Shown here piece by piece: positions 41,227 through 50,300 of a DNA stretch of 64,000 nucleotides. The DNA is taken from NCBI GenBank assembly GCA_045587165.1, contig JAZNBT010000055.1:7017-71016 (forward strand), written 5' to 3'. The position numbers and the translations under genes are program-made. The notes under the pieces were generated by a model. It was not told where the DNA came from and searched no databases. It saw nothing but the letters and a program-made list of their open reading frames with translations. This stretch comes from Alphaproteobacteria bacterium. GTDB lineage: Bacteria; Pseudomonadota; Alphaproteobacteria; CAAGCB01; CAG-977. The stretch's first letter is position 1, and the number at the start of each line of letters is the position of its first letter.

Positions 41227-42380
41227 TGAAGGATTTATCCCCTTTCAGATTACGTAATGAAAATATGACGTTGAAAGAACGTTTCTGGCATCTCAGTTGG
41301 TGTTATATTTTCCTGATTTTTATGGTGGCTGCAACGGGCTGTGTCGTTTTGTATGCCGCGGCGAACGGAAATTGGGATCCGTGGGCCGGCCGTCAATTTT
41401 CCCGTTTCTGTTTGGGGTGCGCGGTCATGTTTGTCGTTGCCATGATCGATTTGCGCTTTTGGTTGAAATACGCGTATGTTTTTTATATCGGCGCGGTGAT
41501 TTTGCTGTTTATCGTGGAATTTTTCGGCCACGATGCCATGGGTGCGCAACGATGGTTGAATTTGGGGATTGTTAAAGTTCAGCCTTCGGAATTGATGAAA
41601 ATAGCGTTGATTTTGGCGTTGTCGCGTTATTTTCACGGCAGTTCTTTGCAGGAAATGACGACATTTTCCGCTTTGGTCATTCCGTCATTTATGGTTTTGC
41701 TGCCGGTGGCATTGGTTTTGAAACAACCGGATTTGGGAACGGCGGTTTTGATGGCGGCGGGGTCTTTGTCACTGTTCTTTTTAGTCGGCGTTCAGATATG
41801 GAAATTTATTGCTTTGGGGATAGCCGGATTGATTTCCATACCGATAGGTTGGCGTTTTTTACACGATTATCAAAAAGAACGCGTTTTTACCTTTTTAGAT
41901 CCGGAACGCGATCCGTTGGGAAAAGGATATCATATTTTACAATCCAAAATTACGTTGGGATCGGGCGGTATTTTCGGTAAAGGTTTTTTGCAGGGCACTC
42001 AAAGCCGGTTGAATTTTTTGCCTGAAAAGCAGACGGATTTTATTTTTACCGTTTTGGCCGAAGAATTCGGATTGGTCGGATCGGTTTCTTTATTGCTGTT
42101 ATATTTGTCGTTAATTCTTTACGGTTATGTCATAGCGTTCAGATCCGCCAGTTTTTTCGGGCGTTTATTGGCGTTGGGTTTAACGACAAACCTGTTTTTG
42201 TACGTTTTTATTAATATTGCCATGGTTATGGGGCTGTTGCCGGTGGTCGGCGTTCCTTTGCCGATGATTTCCTACGGCGGAACGGTTATGCTGACATTGA
42301 TGTTTTCATTCGGATTGGTCGAATGTGTGAACGTTAATCGGGATGTTCAAATCAGTCGCCGCGGCGCTTATGACGATTAA
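41223..42380 (+). CDS. mrdB: Peptidoglycan glycosyltransferase RodA (SEDS family)
   Basis: 385 aa. SEDS topology and motifs; overlaps the mrdA stop. Confidence 0.92.
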   Translation: MMKDLSPFRLRNENMTLKERFWHLSWCYIFLIFMVAATGCVVLYAAANGNWDPWAGRQFSRFCLGCAVMFVVAMIDLRFWLKYAYVFYIGAVILLFIVEFFGHDAMGAQRWLNLGIVKVQPSELMKIALILALSRYFHGSSLQEMTTFSALVIPSFMVLLPVALVLKQPDLGTAVLMAAGSLSLFFLVGVQIWKFIALGIAGLISIPIGWRFLHDYQKERVFTFLDPERDPLGKGYHILQSKITLGSGGIFGKGFLQGTQSRLNFLPEKQTDFIFTVLAEEFGLVGSVSLLLLYLSLILYGYVIAFRSASFFGRLLALGLTTNLFLYVFINIAMVMGLLPVVGVPLPMISYGGTVMLTLMFSFGLVECVNVNRDVQISRRGAYDD

Positions 42381-42393
42381 AAATTATGTCGAT

Positions 42394-42424
42394 AAAAAAA
42401 GCCCCCGAGAACGGGGGCTTTTTC
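42394..42424. terminator. Bidirectional rho-independent terminator (after rodA on plus, after the Cys-rich protein gene on minus)
   Basis: GCCCCCGAGAACGGGGGC hairpin flanked by A7 and T5. Confidence 0.8.
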
Positions 42425-42441
42425 ATGTATCTGTTCAATTT

Positions 42442-43596
42442 TTACTTAACTGTTAACAGATTGTATGACGGAGATACCAGTAATGTATCTTTCTGAACGG
42501 TCAATGTGCTGTTTGCAGGAAGATTTACAGCTTCAAGCGCAACAGCATCCGACCGGAGAGATACCGCCGTATCAAGCGTGATCGAAGGAGTGTTGGGAAG
42601 CTCTGTATAGGTTGTCTCAATCAATTTGCTGACAGTCTTATCCGATCCCGTTAAGGTGCCGTCCAACTCGACGGCTCTGACAAAGCCCGTATATAAATAC
42701 GGTTTTCTTAACAGCGGTTTTTTAAAGTCGTCCATAACGACATCAACCGCTTCGAACTTCGGCAGGCAAAGATTTAATTTCCTGTTCCAGACCAAGGGTT
42801 TTGCCGTTATGTTTGTATTCAGCTTTGTATACAATGTATTCAATCTGGGCGTACTGGCAACAAGAGTTGGCAGACAGTCACCGCAGCAGGCTTTTCCGGT
42901 GCCGGATCCTACTGTGCATTGTTTTCCGAGCGGACATGTCACGCCGTCACACGGGCTTTTGCAACCGCCGTTTCCGTCGGCGACTTGTACGTTGCTGCAC
43001 TGCGGATCGTTTGTGGATCCCAACGGATACGGTATGCAACGACCGATGCTGCAATAATGTCCCGTACCGCATGTTTTGTTGGTGCACAGAGGGCGCTTGA
43101 TCAAACAGTAGCCTAATGTCGTACATATACCGTTGCTGCCGCAATCACTGTTTTGCGTGCATTGTACGCATTTTCCATTACCGACGCATTTTAAGCCTTT
43201 ATCGGTGCATATCTTTGCCACTTCTGCTCTTTCACAGGGTGTTTTACATGTTCCCTTGTGATTTTCAGCGATACATTGAGAGCCGCTTATGGATGAGCAA
43301 TCAACGTTTTTGCAAGCGGAAACGCACTCGCCGCCGGAGGCACATTTTTCCGTCAGTTCGCAATCGCTGTCGGAAAGACAAACGTCTACAGACGCCGTAC
43401 CGCCTCCACTGCCGAAACCGCCGGTTTCTTTTGACGCAGTGTATGCCGGAGCAGAAATAACAGTCGCGTTTCTACCGATTTTTACCGCTTTTGCGATCAT
43501 AAACGTATCATTTGAAAAAATGCCGGAAGTTTCCGTTGCCTGAACAGGGCTGGCGGCAAACCAGACGGCTGTAAAAAACAAAAACAGTTTTTTCAT
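42442..43596 (-). CDS. Secreted cysteine-rich repeat protein (EGF-like / granulin-like Cys spacing), paralog A
   Basis: 384 aa. Signal peptide (...ASPVQA/TE) and a Gly-rich linker. About 190 aa hold over 40 Cys in repeating C-x4-5-C-x5-C-x4-5-C units ending in CCGDC. The C-terminal Cys-free roughly 140 aa share motifs with the neighbouring paralog. Confidence 0.5.
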   Translation of the reverse strand: MKKLFLFFTAVWFAASPVQATETSGIFSNDTFMIAKAVKIGRNATVISAPAYTASKETGGFGSGGGTASVDVCLSDSDCELTEKCASGGECVSACKNVDCSSISGSQCIAENHKGTCKTPCERAEVAKICTDKGLKCVGNGKCVQCTQNSDCGSNGICTTLGYCLIKRPLCTNKTCGTGHYCSIGRCIPYPLGSTNDPQCSNVQVADGNGGCKSPCDGVTCPLGKQCTVGSGTGKACCGDCLPTLVASTPRLNTLYTKLNTNITAKPLVWNRKLNLCLPKFEAVDVVMDDFKKPLLRKPYLYTGFVRAVELDGTLTGSDKTVSKLIETTYTELPNTPSITLDTAVSLRSDAVALEAVNLPANSTLTVQKDTLLVSPSYNLLTVK

Positions 43597-43629
43597 AAGT
43601 TTTCTCCTTTAATATCTAGGTTTGCCGAT

Positions 43630-44697
43630 TTATTTGGCAACTTTTAACGCTTGCCATTTCGCCTGAGCGGCGACGGTTGCTTCTTCCATCAACACTTTTT
43701 TATTCAGAATTTCTTCCGCAACTACGGGATCGTCTAGAACCAATTTGGCCGTTTCGTCCTTCAAGGCGGCGTCTGTGGCGACCAATTCGAAATTTTCGAT
43801 TTTATATCTGTCAAGCAACACGGGTTTTAACGTGATGCCGGCGTCCGTCGCATCTTTTTGATATTCGCAACAACCGTCGTTACATTCCTGTCCTTCGCCG
43901 CATTTCACGCCGATACATTTCAGGTCGAAATCGATGGGAATGATTTCTGGCTTGCGGCATAGTTTCAACCTGCGGAATTTCTTGTTTGTGATGAATTTGC
44001 TGACCAAAGTTGTATCCAATACGCATTTGCTAGGATATTTGGCACAGTATCCGGCTCTGTTTTTCAACGGGTTGATGGTTTCGACTTCGGGATCCCATTC
44101 CGCGATTTTATACAACTGCGGATGTTTGACCGGCGTAATAAACGGTTTGAATTCATCTACCGTAAGATCGACGGTTTTAAAGCCGTTGTCGTCGACTTCG
44201 AAATCCGTTTTGAATTCTGCCACGTCGACAACATCGCTGTCGAATGTAACGCAGGGAATCGTGTCTATTTGAATGGCCGTATTCGGTAAAGTGGCAACGA
44301 TATCGTCAGAAACCAAATCAACGTCAGTTCTTGTACTGTCGTTTATTTGATCTTCCAAAACAATCCAACGATCGCTCGCTGTAAGAGTTAACAAGTCGGC
44401 TTTTTTAAATTGTGTCGTCGCTACTCCATTAATTGTTCTGACGGTAGTTCCTGTCGTAGTCGTTGTTGTCCCTGTTGTCGGTGTTGTGGTGGTGGGTGTA
44501 TATGTCGAAGTTCCACCGCTGCTGCCGCCGCTGACTCGATCGTCAACAGCCACGGCATATGACGCCTGTTGTTTTGCTACAGTTCCGACAGACGTGCCAT
44601 CCAAATCGGTTGCCACGGCATTCGCCGTTGTTGGCAGGATTGAAACGGCTGCGGGCAGAATCCCTATCGCCGCTGCGTAAAGGAAAAATTTCTTCAT
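43630..44697 (-). CDS. Secreted protein with mucin-like poly-Thr tract and C-terminal Cys-rich module, paralog B
   Basis: 355 aa. Signal peptide (...TTANA/VA) and low-complexity SGGSSGGTSTYTPTTTTPTTGTTTTTTGTT. Shares the LPNT..I..DT and VD..DFK..L.KP.LY motifs with paralog A, and its C-terminus ends in a CGEGQECNDGCC cluster. Confidence 0.5.
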   Translation of the reverse strand: MKKFFLYAAAIGILPAAVSILPTTANAVATDLDGTSVGTVAKQQASYAVAVDDRVSGGSSGGTSTYTPTTTTPTTGTTTTTTGTTVRTINGVATTQFKKADLLTLTASDRWIVLEDQINDSTRTDVDLVSDDIVATLPNTAIQIDTIPCVTFDSDVVDVAEFKTDFEVDDNGFKTVDLTVDEFKPFITPVKHPQLYKIAEWDPEVETINPLKNRAGYCAKYPSKCVLDTTLVSKFITNKKFRRLKLCRKPEIIPIDFDLKCIGVKCGEGQECNDGCCEYQKDATDAGITLKPVLLDRYKIENFELVATDAALKDETAKLVLDDPVVAEEILNKKVLMEEATVAAQAKWQALKVAK

Positions 44698-44749
44698 TAT
44701 ATGAGCCTCCTCTAATGTCTATAAATTTTTCTATATAATGGTAACATTT

Positions 44750-44767
44750 AATTGTGGCAAAATTATG
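44750..44767. repeat. 18-bp direct repeat AATTGTGGCAAAATTATG, copy 1, flanking the G-tract
   Basis: Perfect copy of the 18-mer that recurs at 44836-44853. Confidence 0.8.
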
Positions 44768-44781
44768 TAAATAATATGTTC

Positions 44782-44794
44782 GGGGGGGGGGGGG
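44782..44794. repeat. Homopolymeric G13 tract (C13 on the coding strand), candidate slipped-strand phase-variation switch, about 85-97 bp upstream of the paralog B start
   Basis: 13 consecutive G in an otherwise AT-rich intergenic region; no other homopolymer longer than 9 was noticed in the window. Confidence 0.8.
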
Positions 44795-44835
44795 TAACTT
44801 ATTGATTTTAAAAGATATTGTTTTATTTTTATTGC

Positions 44836-44853
44836 AATTGTGGCAAAATTATG
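44836..44853. repeat. 18-bp direct repeat AATTGTGGCAAAATTATG, copy 2
   Basis: Perfect copy of the 18-mer at 44750-44767. Confidence 0.8.
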
Positions 44854-44956
44854 GCAAAAAATGACAAATTTGTCCGCCATTCTTTTGTTTATGAATTTTT
44901 GATCTTTCGGGCATATTTGAAAATTCCGCCCGTTATTGCAACATGACGCAAAGCAA

Positions 44957-45910
44957 TCAAGGGTGCTTTAATAAATCTTTCAACGATTTCCAATGGTTAA
45001 ACTGAAAATGCGCTTTAATTCTGTCATAGACGGCTTTGTATTTATATCTGCGCAATCCTGAAGAATTCCAGTAATGAAGATATATTTTGTAAGGTTTGAA
45101 AATTGCCGCCGATCCGAACGAATTCCACGGTTTTTCATAGGCGATATAATGAAAAATTCCTGTGTTGTTCATATCTGCGGAATGGAGTGTCCTGAAAATC
45201 TGATTGTTCCATTTCGGATGCAGCGTTACGATGTCATTATTAAATAAACAGTTTAACAAGTCTTGTTCGCCGTATCCTTTATATTTTTTCGGATTTTTTT
45301 CAAAACTGGAAATTATTTTTTCAAACAGATTGTTTTTTTTCCATTTATCCGTATTTATTAAAATAACTCCGGCGTTGTAATAAATATCCGTTGAGCATAT
45401 TCTTCTTAAATCCGGTGAAACATCTTCCACCATTGCGAAAAAATGATTTTTTAAATCCGTTTGGAATATTTCTTTTAAATCTTGCATTACCAACGTGTCC
45501 GCGTCCATATACAAAACTTTGCTTACTTCGTCCGGTAAAAGCGAAGGAATGAACAGCCGCATGAAAGAAATAAAGGATACATGCTTATATTGGGAAGAGT
45601 ACATATGTTTTATTAATGGAAAATATGTCTGATATAACGAAGATTGATGCGGGGAGATAAAATTTATTTTTTGATTTCTTTTTTCAACATACTTTTTCAT
45701 CAGTTTTTTATTTTTTTCGGAAACGTTGTTTTCCAAAATCCAAAAAGTATATTCTGAACCGGATTTGTTGTTTTTTAGAATGGAATTGATGGAAAGAAGT
45801 GTATAAACAGCATAGCTGTCACTGATATTATAGGCAACGTGGACGGCATCATTCGCGATTGTTTTGAATGAAATTAAAATAAATAAAAAAGCTAAAACAA
45901 ACCGTTTCAT
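44957..45910 (-). CDS. Glycosyltransferase family 8 protein (LgtC/glycogenin-like) with N-terminal signal anchor
   Basis: 317 aa. GT8 motifs including DXD (LYMDADTLV) and the C-terminal H-x-x-G-x-x-KPW motif (HYIAYEKPW). N-terminal hydrophobic segment MKRFVLAFLFILISF. Very AT-rich (about 30% GC). Confidence 0.7.
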   Translation of the reverse strand: MKRFVLAFLFILISFKTIANDAVHVAYNISDSYAVYTLLSINSILKNNKSGSEYTFWILENNVSEKNKKLMKKYVEKRNQKINFISPHQSSLYQTYFPLIKHMYSSQYKHVSFISFMRLFIPSLLPDEVSKVLYMDADTLVMQDLKEIFQTDLKNHFFAMVEDVSPDLRRICSTDIYYNAGVILINTDKWKKNNLFEKIISSFEKNPKKYKGYGEQDLLNCLFNNDIVTLHPKWNNQIFRTLHSADMNNTGIFHYIAYEKPWNSFGSAAIFKPYKIYLHYWNSSGLRRYKYKAVYDRIKAHFQFNHWKSLKDLLKHP

Positions 45911-45923
45911 CTGTTTCTCCGGA

Positions 45924-46403
45924 TTAAAAAATAAAATAATATCTCATCAAAAAACTTGTCAAAAGAATGAACGACGAGCCGATGTATTTTATATCTTTGT
46001 TCTTTAAAGACAGCAGTGAAACGGAAAAAATAAGAAAAACAACCGCCTTGTTATATTCCGTTTTTTCAAATTGAATTGCATTTATAAAACCTGTAAATCC
46101 TATGCAAAAAAGGATGAAAGATATAAATAAAACAGTATGATACTTGTAGTAATCTTTTTTATAGATGGATATGATAAATATGGATACAATAAATAAACCT
46201 AAAAACGGGAATAAAAGTGTAAGAATATATACTATGAAATCAAAACAAGACAGCAAGAATAAATCTGCCATGAAAAAAAGATTATATTTTGTAAAAAGAA
46301 TTATTATGCTGTAGAGAATTGTAAAAATAAGTAATTTCATTTTAAACTCCGGATACGGAAAAGATATTTCAGAAAAATCATACTGTCCACAACATTTTTT
46401 CAA
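45924..46403 (-). CDS. Small polytopic membrane protein (4 predicted TM helices), hypothetical
   Basis: 159 aa and very AT-rich; lies 13 bp upstream of the GT8 gene on the same strand. The true start is possibly the internal MKLLIF. Confidence 0.4.
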   Translation of the reverse strand: MKKCCGQYDFSEISFPYPEFKMKLLIFTILYSIIILFTKYNLFFMADLFLLSCFDFIVYILTLLFPFLGLFIVSIFIISIYKKDYYKYHTVLFISFILFCIGFTGFINAIQFEKTEYNKAVVFLIFSVSLLSLKNKDIKYIGSSFILLTSFLMRYYFIF

Positions 46404-46482
46404 TATGGAGCAAGTGTTTCAAATATCGGATGAGCTGTCGGCTTTTGCCGGCAGCCTGTGCCGTTATATACAGATTTCAATA

Positions 46483-46511
46483 AAAAAGCCCTCGTTTCAG
46501 AGGGCTTTTTT
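46483..46511 (-). terminator. Hairpin plus T-run immediately downstream of tRNA-Arg (minus strand)
   Basis: GCCCTCGTTTCAGAGGGC hairpin flanked by A/T runs. Confidence 0.6.
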
Positions 46512-46513
46512 AT

Positions 46514-46590
46514 TGGTGATCTCGCCGCGATTCGAACGCGGGACCCACAGCTTAGAAGGCTGTTGCTCTATCCAGCTGAGCTACGAGACC
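46514..46590 (-). tRNA. tRNA-Arg (anticodon TCT), CCA encoded
   Basis: Manual cloverleaf: acceptor GGTCTCG/CGAGATC, D-arm GCTCAGCTGGATAGAGC, anticodon loop CTTCTAA, T-arm GGGTCCCGCGTTCGAATCGCGGC, discriminator A plus CCA. Confidence 0.9.
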
Positions 46591-46727
46591 ACACACAAAT
46601 TTTTTTAACCCGTTTGGGGTCTTATATCAAGCTTTTTTTCTGTTCCGCGATAGTTATGTTTTGTTCTTGCGTCTTGATTTCTTTTCGATATAATCTTTTT
46701 TATAATAATTCTAAACAGAAAGGAAAC

Positions 46728-47228
46728 ATGTTCATGTCTAAGTCTTTAGAAAATTTAATGGCAGCTTTTGCCGGTGAATCTCAGGCGTTTCAGAAATATT
46801 CCGCTTTTGCCGTTCAAGCCGATAAGGAAGGGTTTGCTCAGGTGGCGAAATTGTTCCGCGCCGCTGCCGCCGCTGAAAAAGTTCACGCCGGAAATCATTT
46901 ACGTGCCGCCGGAAAAATTTTAACGACAAAAGATAATCTGCAAGAAGCCATTGACGGCGAAACATACGAATTCGAACAGATGTATCCGCCGATGATCGCC
47001 GATGCTCAGGCCGAAGGAAACAAAGCCGCCGAACGTACGTTTACCATGGCAAACGAAGTCGAAAAAACGCACGCCCGCCTGTATAAAGAGGCTCTGGACA
47101 ATCTGGGGAACAATCAGGCAGCGGATATTTATGTTTGTCCGGTTTGCGGTGAAACGGTTGTCGGATCTTTGCCCGATAATTGTCCCGTATGCAAAGCCGC
47201 CGGAAAAATGTTTGTGAAGATCGATTGA
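46728..47228 (+). CDS. rbr: Rubrerythrin (ferritin-like diiron domain plus C-terminal rubredoxin-like CxxC-x12-CxxC)
   Basis: E-x-x-H diiron motifs and C-terminal CPVCG...CPVCK. True start at the ATG after an AAGGAAA RBS; the track ORF is artificially extended across the tRNA. Confidence 0.85.
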   Translation: MFMSKSLENLMAAFAGESQAFQKYSAFAVQADKEGFAQVAKLFRAAAAAEKVHAGNHLRAAGKILTTKDNLQEAIDGETYEFEQMYPPMIADAQAEGNKAAERTFTMANEVEKTHARLYKEALDNLGNNQAADIYVCPVCGETVVGSLPDNCPVCKAAGKMFVKID

Positions 47229-47247
47229 TTTTTTTTGATAAAGACGG

Positions 47248-47278
47248 GCGGACACTTGATAAAAGTGTCCGCTTTTTT
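47248..47278 (+). terminator. Rho-independent terminator after rubrerythrin
   Basis: GCGGACACTTGATAAAAGTGTCCGC hairpin followed by T6. Confidence 0.75.
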
Positions 47279-47340
47279 AATGATTTATTATATTTTTTGC
47301 GGTTATCCTGTCTTGAAAAAATCTTTCTAAAGACAAGAAT

Positions 47341-50300
47341 ATGATGAAAAATCGATTTTTTATAATTTTATGTTTTTTTACATTTTCGGCGTTTCCTGCA
47401 TTTGCCGAAGAGTTAAACTACAATGATTCCGAGACATTTCCGGAATTTTTCAAAAACGTAGATGCTTTGATCGCGATCGGTGCGGATAAAGCCTATACCG
47501 GAGCGGACGGTACGGCATATTCCGGATTTTCAGGGGCGGGAGTGACCGTTGCCGTCATTGATAACGGGACAATGGCGAATCATCCGGATCTCGTGCAGTC
47601 ACACAGCACTCTGCAAAAACCGCAATTTAATATTTCCGCAGAAAAACACGGTACGCACGTCGCCGGTATCATTGCCGCGGAAAAAAACGGTTCCGGAATG
47701 CACGGGGTGGCATATAATTCCGATTTGTTGCTTTTTTCCACTTCACTGGAAGGCGGCTGCGGCGGCATGGAGGGCTGTTTGAGCCCGATGGCGGCTTTAG
47801 AGGCATTGTTGGACAGTGAATACGATGACGTTAAAATTATTAACAACAGTTGGGGGCTTTTTGAAGAGGATATCAACGAAAATGTATTGGCCAATATTCA
47901 TCGGTTGATGGATGCCATCGTCGCCAAAGATAAACTGATCGTTGCTTCCGCCGGAAATGATATGGAGTTGAATCCCAATACTTTTCCCGCCGGTGTCGGG
48001 CTGTTGGATAATTCCTTTAAAAATAATGTAATTAATGTTGTCGCTTATGATTCGTTCAAAAATCATTCCGCTAACGATTTTATCGCGTCTTTTTCCAATT
48101 TGGCAGGTGACGCAAAGGAATGGACTCTGGCCGCCCCCGGAAAAAATATTTATTCTTCGATTTTATATGATGAAACGGCAGACCCTCCCGCGGAAAAATT
48201 CGCTGAGATGAACGGTACATCCATGGCGGCGCCGCTTGTTTCCGGCGCGGCCGCTTTGGTTCAGGAAGCTTTCCCTTATTTAGGCGGCAAACAAATCGCC
48301 GATATTTTGTTTTCTACGGCAAAAAAGAAAAAGGATTTGGATGAAACAGGTTCGGGGCTGAGCCCGTATATGATTCAAAATTATTCGGGACAAACGCGTG
48401 TTTTATTCTTTAAAGATAATAAAGAGGGCACTACGTTTGAAGAAGCCAAAGCTGCCGCCGCTTCGCTCGGATACTCTTGCGGCGGATCCGTTTCCTGTCA
48501 CGAAGTCACGTTTGAAGATGTCTTCGGTCAGGGATTGTTGGATGTCGGGACGGCTGTCAAAGGCATTAAATATTTCGATGCGTCCAGATTGACGGCCGAA
48601 GATTTCGACATAGGAAAAAACCAGTTTTATTACAGTGTTGATACTTTGGGTATGGACAGCGTATGGAGCAACGATATCGGTCAGCTCCGATCAAGCGACG
48701 AATTGTATAAAACGGCGAATGTCGGTTTAAGAAAACGGGGTGAAGGCGTTTTAACCTTGGCCGGAGCAAATACGTTTTTAGGTACTTCGGTCGTTGACGG
48801 CGGTGAATTGAATTTGACGGGCAGCATGGAAGGCGATGTTGTTGTCAATACGGGAACGTTTTCCTTGTCGGATACCGGTTTGATGAACGGCAAAATAACG
48901 ACGAATGCCGACGGATTGTTGCGGATAGAAGATTCCGGAACGCTTTTAAATCTTGAAAATAACGGAAAGACTTTGGCCTCGGGCGGAAAATCAACGGGGA
49001 ATGTTGTTAATAACGGAACGTTTTCCGTCGCCGGAGGAGGTTTTATATCAAGCAGAACATTTACAAATAAAAACAATTTTCAGTTTGAAACCGACGGACG
49101 TTTTTCAGGCGTTTTAGATAACGAAGGGCTTGTTTCCGTTATAGGTAACAGCGAAATAGAAGGAAATCTTAACAACAAATCGTCCGGAATCGTTTTTGTG
49201 AACGCCACGATAGGAAATTCGTCGGCTATAGAGAATTATGGTCTTTTATCCGGTGAAGGCGACATAACGGGATCTGTTGTCAATCATGAATCGGGTACCG
49301 TCGCGACAACATTGAAGATTCATGATTTAAATTCTACCGGAAATATTCAGTTGTCCGAAAATCCGGACGGATTGGCCACTTTGAAGGTCAATACACTGAA
49401 TATTACAGGGGGGGCTTTGACGATCGCAAGCGGTAATATCAGCTATGAAAACGGGCAAACCTATTCGGTGATTGAATTTGATAATCTGACGAGTTTTGAA
49501 AATTTCGAACCGCAATCGAAACTGTCCGATTTTATTGTGGCGACGCCTCATGTAAACGGCAACCGTATTGAAGCCAGAATCGATTATTTGCGTATGGGCG
49601 AATCCGCTGCGACGGAAACATTTCTACCGGAAGAAAAAGTCGTCGCCGGTATTATGGATAAAATGTATTTTGACGACAGTAATAAGGATTTAAAAGGGTA
49701 TTTTTATCTGTCCGGCAAAGAACTGCAAAAGGAAATCAATACGATCCGTTCCAAAGCAAAGCCGATTCAAAAAGAACATTTACCGTTGGCGGGAACAATG
49801 TCTTCACAGGTTTCCAATCATTTATTCAAGGTAAATATGAATCGTGACGCGGCGACGTTTCATCGTCAATACAGACCGATGCAGCAATACAGGGGCCGAT
49901 ATTACAACCGCGGTTCCGTCGGCAGGTATTATCGCGGCAGATCCGGCGGCAGCGCTCCGAAAACGGGAAACAAGATCTGGGGGCAAATTCTGGGCGGCAG
50001 AGTTGTTGAGGAGGACAATGTTTCGGACAGGGGGAATGTCAAAACCAGAACGGTCGGCGGTATGATCGGATACGATCATGAAATTTCATCGCGATCTTTA
50101 ATCGGTATTACGGCCGGTTATGCTTCGGGGCGTTTGACGCAATCTTCGGATGAAATTAACGTTAATGATTATCGCGCGGGGATTTACACGGGATCCAGAT
50201 TCGGCAAACTGACGTTTAACACGATGTTGTTGGGCGGTTTTCAACAATATAAAAGCGAACGGTATACGGAAGCCGCCGGTTTAAATGCTTTGCATCGGGC

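Noticed and set aside
44750-44853. Sigma-54 promoter interpretation of TGGCAAAATTATG
   Set aside because: TGGCA is present, but the -12 element (TTGC at the proper 5-nt spacing) is absent. I retain it only as an unexplained shared motif.
42442-46590. Classical integrase-bearing genomic island or prophage at tRNA-Arg
   Set aside because: There is no integrase, recombinase, transposase or phage gene in or near the block, and I found no direct repeat of the tRNA 3' end. Only compositional (AT-rich) evidence of foreign origin is claimed.
46458-46727. N-terminal 90-aa extension of the ORF 46458-47228, which reads straight through the tRNA-Arg gene
   Set aside because: It overlaps the tRNA and its terminator hairpin on the opposite strand and has no RBS. 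The rubrerythrin homology begins at the internal ATG at 46728, which has an AAGGAAA RBS.
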